Positions 46,268-55,755 of a stretch of 64,000 bases of DNA are shown one piece after another. How positions within the stretch are numbered: the first letter of the stretch is position 1; the number at the start of each line of letters is the position of its first letter. Position numbers and translations under genes: made by a program. Source of the stretch: Chloroflexota bacterium (lineage in GTDB: Bacteria > Chloroflexota > Limnocylindria > Limnocylindrales > CSP1-4); the NCBI GenBank assembly GCA_003141245.1, contig PLLE01000043.1, forward strand, positions 36,542-100,541, given 5' to 3'. The notes under the pieces were generated by a model. The model ran no database searches and was not told where the DNA came from. It was given only the letters and a program-made list of their open reading frames with translations.

Positions 46268-47488
46268 TCAGATCTCGCCGACCGGCTGCTCCGGGGCAGG
46301 AGTCGCCGAGGACGGAGACGCCGGCGGGCTCGCCATCGGCCCTGCGGATGCTTTCGCCCGTCGAATCGTCAGCCGGCCCGGGATCGGGTGCCGTCCTTCG
46401 CCTTCGGTCCTATGTCCGGATTCTTCGGGATAGAGTTCGTGCAGGGTCACGTTCAGCGCGGCGGCGACGGGGACGCCCAACAGTCCGCCGAGCACGCCCC
46501 AGACGCTGAGCCCGACGAGCACGGCGAAGATCGTGACGACCGGATGCAGATGGACGGCTCGTCCGATGACAAGCGGCATGACGATCTGGTCCTCGATCTG
46601 TCGCACCACGAGATAGACCACCAGAACGACGATCATCGTGTCCGGGCCGCGAGTTGCGAAGGCCACTGTGCCGGCCAGGCCGGCGGCGATGATCGGCCCG
46701 ACCAGCGGGATGATCTCGAAGGCGCCGCTCAGGATCGCGAGCGCCAGGGCGTACGGCACGCCGAGAATCGGCCCCAGGATCACGTACAAGACCACCGCCA
46801 CGAGGCCGATCAGCAGCAGCTGGCCACGGAGCCAGCGACCCAGGACGACGTGGATCCGATGACCGATGCGGAGCGCCTCGGCCCGCTGAGATCGATCGAG
46901 AAAGCGCAGCGCGAACTGCCCGAATCGCCGCCCGTCGAGCAGCAAGTAGAAGGTGACGATCAACGCCAGGACTGTCTGGAGCGCCACATTCACCGCCTGC
47001 TCGGCCATGTGGATCGCGTCGGACGGGGTCTGGATCATGCCAAGAAGCGAAGCCCTGATCTGGGCCGCTAGGTCTGCGGTCTGGTAGGTCTGGCCGGCGA
47101 CGACGAGCTGATCGCCAAAGAGCTTGCGCAGCGCGGTGGCGATTACGTCCGACCCCCCGGACGAGAGGTACTGGAGCTCCGATCCGGCCCGTTCCGCCGC
47201 GATCACGGCCAGCGCCGCGATCAGGCCGAGGACGAGCACGAAGCCGACGCCAACGATCAGCGCACGCGGCGCATGGGTCTTCTCCGCCACCGCCGAAACG
47301 ATTGGCGAGAAGGCGTACGCCAGGACTGCCGCGACCACGAACGGCCCGATGATCCCGCGGGCGAGCCACAGGACCACCAGCATCGCGGCGCCGAGCGCCA
47401 ACAATCTGCCGCGTCCGCCGAAGAGGCTAAGGATGGGCCCGGGCGAGACGTTGAAGGATTCGCTCTTGGGGCCAGCCGGAGTGGTCAT
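46268..47488 (-). CDS. AI-2E family transporter (PerM/UPF0118)
   Basis: Eight TM helices and the conserved ...ILSGAFEIIPLVGPIIAAGLAG... block. Confidence 0.75.
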   Translation of the reverse strand: MTTPAGPKSESFNVSPGPILSLFGGRGRLLALGAAMLVVLWLARGIIGPFVVAAVLAYAFSPIVSAVAEKTHAPRALIVGVGFVLVLGLIAALAVIAAERAGSELQYLSSGGSDVIATALRKLFGDQLVVAGQTYQTADLAAQIRASLLGMIQTPSDAIHMAEQAVNVALQTVLALIVTFYLLLDGRRFGQFALRFLDRSQRAEALRIGHRIHVVLGRWLRGQLLLIGLVAVVLYVILGPILGVPYALALAILSGAFEIIPLVGPIIAAGLAGTVAFATRGPDTMIVVLVVYLVVRQIEDQIVMPLVIGRAVHLHPVVTIFAVLVGLSVWGVLGGLLGVPVAAALNVTLHELYPEESGHRTEGEGRHPIPGRLTIRRAKASAGPMASPPASPSSATPAPEQPVGEI

Positions 47489-47585
47489 CTCGCGCGTCCC
47501 TTGTGTTCGGTGTGGTCAGGCGCAGACCGACACCCGTAGCCTACAGCGCGCCCTGACAGACGGGGGCTGATGGTACGCTCAGGTC

Positions 47586-48452
47586 ATGGAGAACGAACCC
47601 TTGTCCGAAGAAAGGACATCGATGGCGAGCGCGCCCGGGCCCGATGAGGCCGGCGCCGGCGCACCCGGAGAACCCGAGAAGGCGGTCGCGCCGGATGACC
47701 CAGGCGAGGCCCGCACCGAGATCGAAGCGGCAACCGACTCCGCCGTCGAGCACTCCTCCGGCGGTTTCGTGGGTCACCTCCAGGCCGTCGCGGACGCCGT
47801 TGCCCCTGTCGCCGGGGTCCTGGGAACGGTCCTCGATGCCGCCAACAGCGTTTGGTCCGGGAGGAACGCCGCAATAGAGCGGCGCCTGCACCGCCAGGCC
47901 AGGGAGCCGCTGGCCAACCTGTACGAGCTGTGCCCCGAGGCCCGGTTCGCTTCCCCTCGAGAGTTGGGGCTGCGCTTCGTGCCGGTGGAGGAGATCCGCG
48001 GCACGGCAGTGGCCGGGGCCGCCCAGCGAGGCGGCGACTTCCTGCCACTCAAGCCGTTTCGGGGGGAAAACTGGGAAGCGCGCTGGCAGCGCATCCGGGC
48101 GGCCAACGAGCGCATGCAACCGTTGCCTCCGGTCGATCTCGTGAAGTTCGACGGCGATTACTGGGTCGTCGACGGTCATAACCGGGTGGCCGCGGTTCTG
48201 TACGCCGGCGGCACCGGCCTCGACGCCATGGTTACGGAGCTGGTTCCTCTCGACGGCCAGATGAGCGAGCGGCCATCGCAACTGCTGGCCTTCCTGGGAG
48301 AAGCCGGTGCGCTTCGGGCGGCGGTCCAGGGCCACCGACCGGCGATCGGGATGCGCTACTCGGAGCAACACACGGCCACCGCCCTGGAAGGGCCGTCGAC
48401 CGACGAGTCACCCGCCGCTGACGAAGCGGCCGACCCGCCGGCTGCGCACTGA
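47586..48452 (+). CDS. Hypothetical protein with a ParB/sulfiredoxin-like (ParB N-terminal, DGHHR-type) domain in its C-terminal half; acidic low-complexity N-terminus
   Basis: VDLVKFDGDYWVVDGHNRVAAVLYAG matches the ParB/Srx fold core; no HTH or GERRxR box follows. Confidence 0.45.
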   Translation: MENEPLSEERTSMASAPGPDEAGAGAPGEPEKAVAPDDPGEARTEIEAATDSAVEHSSGGFVGHLQAVADAVAPVAGVLGTVLDAANSVWSGRNAAIERRLHRQAREPLANLYELCPEARFASPRELGLRFVPVEEIRGTAVAGAAQRGGDFLPLKPFRGENWEARWQRIRAANERMQPLPPVDLVKFDGDYWVVDGHNRVAAVLYAGGTGLDAMVTELVPLDGQMSERPSQLLAFLGEAGALRAAVQGHRPAIGMRYSEQHTATALEGPSTDESPAADEAADPPAAH

Positions 48453-48453
48453 C

Positions 48454-49200
48454 GTGACCCGTCACATTGCGATCGTCTGGCCTGATCCGGCACCATTCCG
48501 GGGCCGTGGCGGTGCACCTATCCGGCTGCTGGCCGTCTCCGACCAGCTCGACCCGACGCTCGTCGACCGGCGCAACCGCGAGGCGATCGGCCCGATCGAT
48601 TTGATAGTCGGCTGCGGCGACCTCGACTGCGACGATCTGTCGTTCATTGCCGACGGCTTCGACGCTCCCCTGGTTTACGTACACGGCAATCACGACTCTG
48701 ACGCGCGATGGGCGGCGTGCAAGTCGTATTGCCCGGAGGCGATCGATTCCACGGCGGTGCGCCACGAAGTCGGCCTCTCCATCGTGGGCCTGACCTGGCC
48801 GGGGCCGCGGGGGCCGGGAGCCGCCCGCAGCGAACGCAAGGCATGGAGTCAGGCGCTGCTACTGGCGACGCGTCGGCTGGGTCGACACGGGCCGGTGCTG
48901 GTCATCAGCCACGTGCCACCTCTCGGAGCCGGCGACATTCCCAGCAACGGCTATCACCGCGGCTTTGGCGCCTATCTCTGGCTGCTACGCAGACTGGAGC
49001 CGCCGCTATGGCTCCACGGTCACACGCCGCCGGCGGCCACGTCAGACTGGCATATCAAGCGCGGCCCGACGACCCTGGTGAATGCCACCGGGGCCGTCGT
49101 CATCGAGCTGTCTCCGCCGGGCACGGGAGCAGCGCCGGAGGGCAGCGACGTCACCTCGTCCTCAAGTCAGCATAAGCCTGGGCGAGCACCTCGGCTCTAG
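48454..49200 (+). CDS. Calcineurin-like metallophosphoesterase (GTG start one nucleotide after the upstream stop)
   Basis: GDLDCDD, GNHD and ...GHTP motifs (metal-ligand blocks of the MPE superfamily). Confidence 0.65.
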   Translation: MTRHIAIVWPDPAPFRGRGGAPIRLLAVSDQLDPTLVDRRNREAIGPIDLIVGCGDLDCDDLSFIADGFDAPLVYVHGNHDSDARWAACKSYCPEAIDSTAVRHEVGLSIVGLTWPGPRGPGAARSERKAWSQALLLATRRLGRHGPVLVISHVPPLGAGDIPSNGYHRGFGAYLWLLRRLEPPLWLHGHTPPAATSDWHIKRGPTTLVNATGAVVIELSPPGTGAAPEGSDVTSSSSQHKPGRAPRL

Positions 49201-51902
49201 AGCGAGCGCGGGTCCGGCGCCTCCGGGTCGATGCCCAGCTCGCGCATGACGGCCGCAGCCTCCTTGCCGTCGATCTGCCCGGCGCGCGCCAGGCCAACCA
49301 TGGCCGCGGCGGCGATGTGTGGCGGGTCGATCTCGAACAGCTGGCGCAGCGCCTCGCGCGCGTCCGACCGCCCGAAACCATCGGTGCCGAGAATCAGCCG
49401 GTTGGCCGGCAGCCAGGGCGCAATTAGCTCCGGGTAGGAGCGGATCCAGTCGGTGGCGACCACAACCGGGCCACCGCCGGGCGGTAGGATCTGGGCCACG
49501 TACGGGACCCGCGGAGCGGCCTCGGGATGCAGCCGGTTCCATCGATCGGCCGACAGGCCGTCGGCGCGGAGCTGCTGGAACGACGTGGCGCTGTAGACCT
49601 CGGCGGCCACGCCGCGCTCGGCGAGGAGCTGCCGCGCGGCGACGACCTGCTGCAGGATCGAACCGCTGCCGACCAGCCGCACCAGCGCGTTGGCCGAGGC
49701 GCCGGTTCGGGCCGACTTGCCCAGCTCGGGCGCTCCGTGGAGCCGGTACATGCCCCTGGAGATCTGCTCGTCGGTCACGTCGGCTGCCCGCTTTGGCATC
49801 GGGTAGTTCTCGTTGTAGAGCGTGATGTAGTAGAAGACGTCCTCGCCCCGGACGTACATGCGGTCGATCCCCTCCCGGACGATCGCCGCCATCTCGTACG
49901 CATAGGCCGGGTCGTAGGCGCGAATGTTGGGAATGACCGAGGCCAACACGTGCGAGTGGCCGTCGTCGTGCTGGAGCCCCTCGCCCATGAGCGTCGTGCG
50001 ACCGGCCGTGGCGCCCATTACGAAGCCGCGTCCGCGCTCGTCGGCCAGGGCCCAGAACTGGTCGCCGGTCCGCTGGAAGCCGAACATCGAGTAGAAGATG
50101 TAGAACGGGACGAGGCTCACGCCGTGCGTGGCGTAGGCCGTGGCGGCGGCTTGCAGCGAAGCGACGGCGCCCGCCTCTGTGATCCCCTCCTCCAGAACCT
50201 GCCCGTCGACCGCCTCGCGGTAGCTCAACACCAGGTCCGAGTCCACGGGCTCGTAGCGCTGGCCCAGGGCGGAATAGATCCCGACTTCCTTGAAGAGCGG
50301 GTCGAGGCCGAAGGTGCGGGCCTCGTCAGGGACGATCGGCACGATTCGCGGCCCGACTTGCGGGTCGCGAATCAGGTTCCGCAGCAGCCGCCCGAAGGCC
50401 ATCGTGGTGCTGACCGCCATCTCCGACCCGGCGTCGAACTCACGGTCCACCTCCGGACGCGGCGCCGGCAACGGCTTGGCCCGTACCACGCGCCGAGGGA
50501 CGGAACCGCCCAGGGCCCGGCGCCGCTCGATCATGTAGCGGATCTCATCCGAGTCGGGGCCGGGGTGGTAGTAGGGCGCTTCCTTGAGCTTCGAATCGGG
50601 GATCGGGAGCTGAAGCCGATCGCGGAAGATGCGCAGCTCGGCCTCAGAGAGCTTCTTGGCCTGGTGCGTGATGTTGCGCGCTTCCACGCCGGGGCCCAGG
50701 GCCCAGCCCTTGATCGTCTTGGCCAGGATCACCGTCGGGGCGCCACGGTGCTCGGTCGCCGCACGATACGCGGCGTAGAGCTTGCGATAGTCGTGGCCGC
50801 CGCGCCGCAGTCGAGCCAGCTCATCGTCGGTGAGGTGCTCGACCAGGCGCCGGAGGCGCGGATCCGGCCCGAAGAAGTGCTCCCTAACATAGGCCCCGCC
50901 AGCAACCGAGAACTTCTGGAAGTCGCCGTCGAGCAGCTCGTTCATCTTGTTGACCAGGGCTCCGTCGACGTCACGGGCCAGCAGGTCGTCCCACTCACGA
51001 CCCCAGATGACCTTAATCACGTTCCAGCCGGCGCCGCGGAAGAGCCCCTCGAGTTCCTGGATGATCTTGCCGTTGCCGCGGACCGGCCCGTCCAGACGCT
51101 GCAGGTTGCAGTTGACGACGAAGGTCAGGTTGTCGAGGCCCTCGCGGGCTGCCAGCGAGAGACCGGCCAGCGCCTCGGGTTCGTCCATTTCGCCGTCGCC
51201 CAGGAATGCCCAGACGCGACTGCCGGAGGTATCCGCCAGACCGCGGTTGGCCAGATAGCGGTTGAGGCGAGCCTGATACACGGCGGCCATCGGACCCAGG
51301 CCCATCGAGACCGTCGGGAACTCCCAGAAGTTGGGAAGCGTGCGAGGATGCGGGTAGCTGGGCAGTCCGACTCCCCCGGAGAGCGCTTCCTGGCGGAAGT
51401 GGTCCAGGTTCTCCTCCGTGAGGCGGCCCTCCAGGAAGGCCCGGGCGTAGATGCCTGGCGCGGCATGGCCCTGGAAGAAGATCTGGTCGCCCGAACTGCC
51501 GTCGTCCTTGCCGCGGAAGAAGTGGTTGAAGCCGACCTCGTACAGGCTGGCGGCGCTGGCGTAGGTGGCGAGGTGGCCGCCGATGCCGGGCGCTCGATTG
51601 TTCGCTCGCAGAACCATGGCCACGGCGTTCCAGCGGATCAGCCGGCGGATACGGCGCTCTATCTCCTCGTCGCCCGGGAAGAAGGGCTCCTGCTCGGGGC
51701 TGATGGTGTTGATGTAGCGGGTCTGAGTCAGCGGCGGCAGGCCGATGTGCAGCTGTCGGGAGCGCTTGAGCAGCTTGTACAGGACGAACCTGGCGCGCTC
51801 GTCGCCTTCCTGGGCGTGGATCTGGTCGAGCGAATCCAGCCAGTCCTGCGTCTCGGCAGGGTCGGTGTCGGGCAGCTGATGCTTGAACTGGTCGAAGTAC
51901 AT
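49197..51902 (-). CDS. aceE: Pyruvate dehydrogenase E1 component, homodimeric type (start at MYFDQFKHQLPDTDPAETQDWLDS)
   Basis: 901 aa. The N-terminus matches the AceE start (DP.ET.DWL.S...EG.ERA.YL). The ThDP-binding region is GDGEMDEPE and a transketolase-like C-domain follows. Confidence 0.85.
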   Translation of the reverse strand: MYFDQFKHQLPDTDPAETQDWLDSLDQIHAQEGDERARFVLYKLLKRSRQLHIGLPPLTQTRYINTISPEQEPFFPGDEEIERRIRRLIRWNAVAMVLRANNRAPGIGGHLATYASAASLYEVGFNHFFRGKDDGSSGDQIFFQGHAAPGIYARAFLEGRLTEENLDHFRQEALSGGVGLPSYPHPRTLPNFWEFPTVSMGLGPMAAVYQARLNRYLANRGLADTSGSRVWAFLGDGEMDEPEALAGLSLAAREGLDNLTFVVNCNLQRLDGPVRGNGKIIQELEGLFRGAGWNVIKVIWGREWDDLLARDVDGALVNKMNELLDGDFQKFSVAGGAYVREHFFGPDPRLRRLVEHLTDDELARLRRGGHDYRKLYAAYRAATEHRGAPTVILAKTIKGWALGPGVEARNITHQAKKLSEAELRIFRDRLQLPIPDSKLKEAPYYHPGPDSDEIRYMIERRRALGGSVPRRVVRAKPLPAPRPEVDREFDAGSEMAVSTTMAFGRLLRNLIRDPQVGPRIVPIVPDEARTFGLDPLFKEVGIYSALGQRYEPVDSDLVLSYREAVDGQVLEEGITEAGAVASLQAAATAYATHGVSLVPFYIFYSMFGFQRTGDQFWALADERGRGFVMGATAGRTTLMGEGLQHDDGHSHVLASVIPNIRAYDPAYAYEMAAIVREGIDRMYVRGEDVFYYITLYNENYPMPKRAADVTDEQISRGMYRLHGAPELGKSARTGASANALVRLVGSGSILQQVVAARQLLAERGVAAEVYSATSFQQLRADGLSADRWNRLHPEAAPRVPYVAQILPPGGGPVVVATDWIRSYPELIAPWLPANRLILGTDGFGRSDAREALRQLFEIDPPHIAAAAMVGLARAGQIDGKEAAAVMRELGIDPEAPDPRSL

Positions 51903-52194
51903 CGTCGGCGTTGTCTCCAGGCCGCCGTGAGACGACGGGTCTCGGCCCGCGGAAGCTCCAGTGGCAGAGTAAGCCCATCGCCGTTCGGCCGTGGTTCGGG
52001 TAGGCTCGCGGACCGGCCGTGAAGACGCCGGCGGCGAAGCAACGACCGTCCGATATCCGGTTGGAGCAGGCCGGTAAGCCGAATCGGTCGCTTGCGCCTT
52101 CGTCACGCATCGCGTACAAAGCCGGGGAACGCACGGTACGGCCGCGCAGGCGGGAGCTTCGACTCCGGTCGAGCGGCAGGAGGAATGCCAGGAG

Positions 52195-52854
52195 ATGTCG
52201 GGCAGCTTGAGAGTCCCACGGAGCGGCCCGTGGTCGGCAGTGGATCCGGGCTCGCGCTACGGCCCACAGGTCGGATTGGTGATCGTGGACGTCCAGAACG
52301 ACTTCGCCGATCCCGCCGGCAGCCTACACGTCCGGGGCGGCTCGGAGATCGTGCCGCTGGTGAATGCCGAGATCGAACGAGCGCTGCAGGCCGGCGCGGC
52401 GGTGGTGTACACGCAGGACTGGCACCCGGCCCACACTCCCCACTTCGCCGGCGACGGCGGCATCTGGCCCGCCCACTGCGTGCAGGGAACCTGGGGAGCG
52501 GCGCTTCATCCGCGGCTGTCGGTCCGCGGGCCGATCGTCCGCAAGGGCGCGCACGGCGAGGACGGCTACTCGGGCTTCTCGATGCGTGACCAGGCCGGCG
52601 GCCATCCGATCCCCACCGGGCTCGACACGACGCTGGCCCGCGGCGGCGCCACACGGATTGTCGTGTGCGGCCTGGCCACGGACTACTGCGTCAAGGCCAC
52701 CGCCCTCGACGGCGTCCGTCTGGGCTATGAGACCGCCGTCCTGCTCGATGCGGTGCGGGCGGTCGAACTGCGGCCCGGCGACGGCAATCGGGCGCTGGAC
52801 GAGCTCGTCGCGGCAGGCGTAGTCCTGGTCGGCGATCGAACCAGGGCGGGCTGA
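52195..52854 (+). CDS. pncA: Nicotinamidase/pyrazinamidase (isochorismatase family)
   Basis: GLVIVDVQNDF; catalytic Cys in VCGLATDYCV; metal-binding D/H/H (QDWHPAHTPHF). Confidence 0.8.
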   Translation: MSGSLRVPRSGPWSAVDPGSRYGPQVGLVIVDVQNDFADPAGSLHVRGGSEIVPLVNAEIERALQAGAAVVYTQDWHPAHTPHFAGDGGIWPAHCVQGTWGAALHPRLSVRGPIVRKGAHGEDGYSGFSMRDQAGGHPIPTGLDTTLARGGATRIVVCGLATDYCVKATALDGVRLGYETAVLLDAVRAVELRPGDGNRALDELVAAGVVLVGDRTRAG

Positions 52855-52863
52855 CGCGTCCCG

Positions 52864-53745
52864 GTGGAGCTTCACCTCGTCGACGCCACCTACGAGCTGT
52901 TCCGGGCCCACTATAGCCCGCGCCCGCCGGTCAGAGCGCCCGACGGACGGGAAGTCGGTGCGGTCACAGGGCTGATGTACACGCTCCTGACGCTGCTGCG
53001 CGACGAAGGCGCGACCCATGTCGGCTGCGCCACGGACCAGGTGATCCGATCCTTCCGCAACCGGCTCTACGCCGGATACAAGACGGAGGCCGGCGTCCCG
53101 GCCGAGCTCCTTGCGCAGTTCCCGTTGGCCGAGCGGGCAATGGAGACGCTCGGGGTTGTCGTCTGGCCGATGGTCGAATTCGAGGCCGACGATGCGCTGG
53201 CCACCGCGGCGGCGCGCTGGGCGGATCGACCCGAAGTGGAGCGTATCTGGATTTGCACGCCCGACAAGGACCTGGCCCAGTGCGTTCGGGGCGAGCGCGT
53301 GGTCACGCGCGACCGGCGTCGCGACCGCACCGTCGACGAGGCCGGCGTGGTGGCTCGCTGGGGAGTGGGGCCGGCCTCGATACCCGACTACCTGGCCCTG
53401 GTCGGGGACTCGGCCGACGGCTTCCCGGGACTGCCCGGCTGGGGCGCGCGGTCCGCGGCCGCCGTCCTGGGCCGCTTCGAACACCTCGAGGCCATCCCCG
53501 CGAACGTCGGCGAGTGGCACGTGGACGTGCGTTCGCCGGCCCCTCTCAACGCCACTCTGCGGGCGCGCTGGTCGGACGCCCTGCTGTTCCGACGCCTGGC
53601 CACTCTGGCCACGGACGCTCCGCTGCCCCAGCGAGATCCGGAAGAGTTGCTCTGGCAAGGCGCCCGACGGGCCGAGTTCACGGCTCTGTGCGATGAGCTG
53701 GGGCAGCCACGACTGGCCGAACGCCCCCACCTCTGGCAGGACTGA
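52864..53745 (+). CDS. 5'-3' exonuclease / flap endonuclease (Pol I N-terminal-domain-like, ExoIX/Xni family)
   Basis: MELHLVDATYELFRA...; acidic active-site clusters (EFEADDALAT, TPDKDLAQ) and an H3TH (YLALVGDSADGFPGLPGWGARSAAAVL). Confidence 0.8.
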   Translation: MELHLVDATYELFRAHYSPRPPVRAPDGREVGAVTGLMYTLLTLLRDEGATHVGCATDQVIRSFRNRLYAGYKTEAGVPAELLAQFPLAERAMETLGVVVWPMVEFEADDALATAAARWADRPEVERIWICTPDKDLAQCVRGERVVTRDRRRDRTVDEAGVVARWGVGPASIPDYLALVGDSADGFPGLPGWGARSAAAVLGRFEHLEAIPANVGEWHVDVRSPAPLNATLRARWSDALLFRRLATLATDAPLPQRDPEELLWQGARRAEFTALCDELGQPRLAERPHLWQD

Positions 53746-53756
53746 GTCGCGCGATC

Positions 53757-53797
53757 CTCGCCTGCTCGCAAGTCCTGCTCGCAAGTCCTGCTCGCAA
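53757..53797. repeat. Three tandem copies of a 13-bp unit (TCCTGCTCGCAAG), each with internal dyad symmetry, in the exonuclease-GH26 intergenic region
   Basis: cctgctcgcaagtcctgctcgcaagtcctgctcgcaagg. The core TGCTCGCA is near-palindromic. It sits about 110 nt upstream of the GH26 start. Confidence 0.55.
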
Positions 53798-53907
53798 GGC
53801 ACCTGCCGAGACGGGCGGAAGACTTGCGGCGGTCCCGTCCCGCCGTTAGGCTCGGGCCAGAACAGCCATTCCACACGGAGCGTGGCCCAGCCCTGGAGGG
53901 TACCGGC

Positions 53908-54858
53908 ATGATGATCGGGACGTTCACCTTTGACGGGGAGGCGAGGTTCCCCGACAACGGGGAGGCCGGCATCCGCGCATTCGAGGAACTCATCGGGCGG
54001 AAACTGGCCCAGGTGCTGTGGTTCATCACCTGGGATGACGGCTTCCCGGCGAAAGCCTGCCAGACGGTGATCGATCACGGGTCGATCCCCCAGGTCACCT
54101 GGGAGATCTTCTGGCCCTCCATCAATCCCAACAACGCCGACACGAGATCCACTGCCCTCGACGACGTGCTCGCCCACAAACACGACGCATACATCGACGC
54201 CTTCGCCCGCGATGCAGCGGCCTACGGCAAGCCGGTCCTGATCCGCTTCCTTCACGAGTTCAACGGCAACTGGTACATCTGGGGCGGCGTCAAGAACGGT
54301 GGAGCGGCCGGCGGTCCCCAGAAGGTGAAGGCCGTCTGGAAATACGTGGTGGACCGGTGCCGAGCCGCCGGCGCCGCCAACGTGCTCTGGCTGTGGTGCC
54401 CTCATGGTCCCACCGTGGACGTGCCGACAGACGCCTGGAACGACCTTGAGAACTACTACCCCGGCGATGACTATGTCGACTGGTTCGGCATGGACGGATA
54501 CAACTGGTATCCGAAGGATCCCAGGGGCGGCGTTCGTCCGTTTCAGGATTTCGATACGGCCTTCAAGCCTCTCTACGACAAGCTCGTGGCCCTGGCCGAC
54601 AAGCCGATCGCCATCCCCGAGATGGCTTCAGGCGAGTTCACCTACGGGCAGATCACCAAGGCGGACTGGATCATCGACATCTTCTCGCGAATGAAGGACT
54701 GCCCGGCCCTCAAGATGTTCAGCTGGTTCAACATCAACAAGGAGCTGGACTGGCGCGTCAACTCGACTCCCGCGGTCCTGGCGGCCTTTCGGAAGATGAT
54801 GTCGGACCCGTACTTCGAGTCCGAGTACGAGGATCCTCGCCCGGCCGTTGCGCGCTAG
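53908..54858 (+). CDS. Glycoside hydrolase family 26-like (beta-mannanase-type) protein without a signal peptide
   Basis: RFLHEFNGNWYIWGG (catalytic acid region), WLWCPHG, and YYPGDDYVDWFGMDGYNW blocks typical of GH26. Confidence 0.6.
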   Translation: MMIGTFTFDGEARFPDNGEAGIRAFEELIGRKLAQVLWFITWDDGFPAKACQTVIDHGSIPQVTWEIFWPSINPNNADTRSTALDDVLAHKHDAYIDAFARDAAAYGKPVLIRFLHEFNGNWYIWGGVKNGGAAGGPQKVKAVWKYVVDRCRAAGAANVLWLWCPHGPTVDVPTDAWNDLENYYPGDDYVDWFGMDGYNWYPKDPRGGVRPFQDFDTAFKPLYDKLVALADKPIAIPEMASGEFTYGQITKADWIIDIFSRMKDCPALKMFSWFNINKELDWRVNSTPAVLAAFRKMMSDPYFESEYEDPRPAVAR

Positions 54859-54900
54859 TCGCCTGCGCCCACAGGCGACGGCCAGCTCCCGGCGCTTCGC

Positions 54901-55755
54901 CTACTTGAGCATCGCCAGCATGACGGCGTGGTGGCGCGGCGAGGCAGCCAGGCACGACCACTTCTTAGCAGGGTAGGCCAGGTCGAACCATGGCCTGCCC
55001 TCCAGGTCGGTGACGGTGGCGCCGGCCCCTTCGGCGATGAGCCCGGCCGCGGCCACGTCCCAGGCGGAGAGCCCGGCGCCCTGGGCGTAGACGTCGAACC
55101 GGCCGCAGCCCACGTAGGCCAGAGTCAGCGCGGCGGAGCCCATCGAGCGGTGGGCGCGGATGGCCTTGAGCGCCTCGCGGCGCTTATGGACGGTGCCGCG
55201 ACCGCCGACGGCGAGTGTGGCGACCAGGTCCCCGAGAAACTCCTTGTCGGCAACGTGGATCGGCTCCCCATTGCGAAGAGACGGCCCGTCGATCGCCCCG
55301 GCGAACGTCTCGTCGCGAGTCGGGTCGTAGACCACGCCCACGACCGGACGACCCTCGGCCGCCAGCGCGATCGAGATGCAGAAGAACGGAATGCCGTTGG
55401 CGTAGTTGATCGTGCCGTCGAGCGGATCGACGATCCAGACCCGGCCCGACTTCGTGACGCTCTTTGCGGCCACCTCGCCGATCTCCTCGGCGTAGAACGA
55501 ATCGCTCGGGTAGCGCTCCTGGACGGCCCGCATGACCAGGCCCTCGCACAGGTGGTCCACCTCCGTCACGACGTCGCGCGGCCCTTTGGCCCGGATCTGT
55601 TCGAGCCGCTCGTAGCGCTCCATCTGGATTCGACCGGCCTGGTGGGCCAGATCGATGGCCAGCTCGATCTCAGGGCCGTAGGCAGCCGACCGGCCAAGCC
55701 GGCTCAGCCGGGCCCTCGACTCGGCGGTCGATTCGGCGGTCGATTCGAAGGCCAT
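54901..55755 (-). CDS. Inositol monophosphatase family protein (SuhB/ImpA/CysQ-like); start at MAFESTAESTAES
   Basis: EEIGE..., WIVDPLDGTINYANG and WDVAAAGLIAEGAG motifs. Its start ATG shares a base with the deoD TGA stop. Confidence 0.8.
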   Translation of the reverse strand: MAFESTAESTAESRARLSRLGRSAAYGPEIELAIDLAHQAGRIQMERYERLEQIRAKGPRDVVTEVDHLCEGLVMRAVQERYPSDSFYAEEIGEVAAKSVTKSGRVWIVDPLDGTINYANGIPFFCISIALAAEGRPVVGVVYDPTRDETFAGAIDGPSLRNGEPIHVADKEFLGDLVATLAVGGRGTVHKRREALKAIRAHRSMGSAALTLAYVGCGRFDVYAQGAGLSAWDVAAAGLIAEGAGATVTDLEGRPWFDLAYPAKKWSCLAASPRHHAVMLAMLK

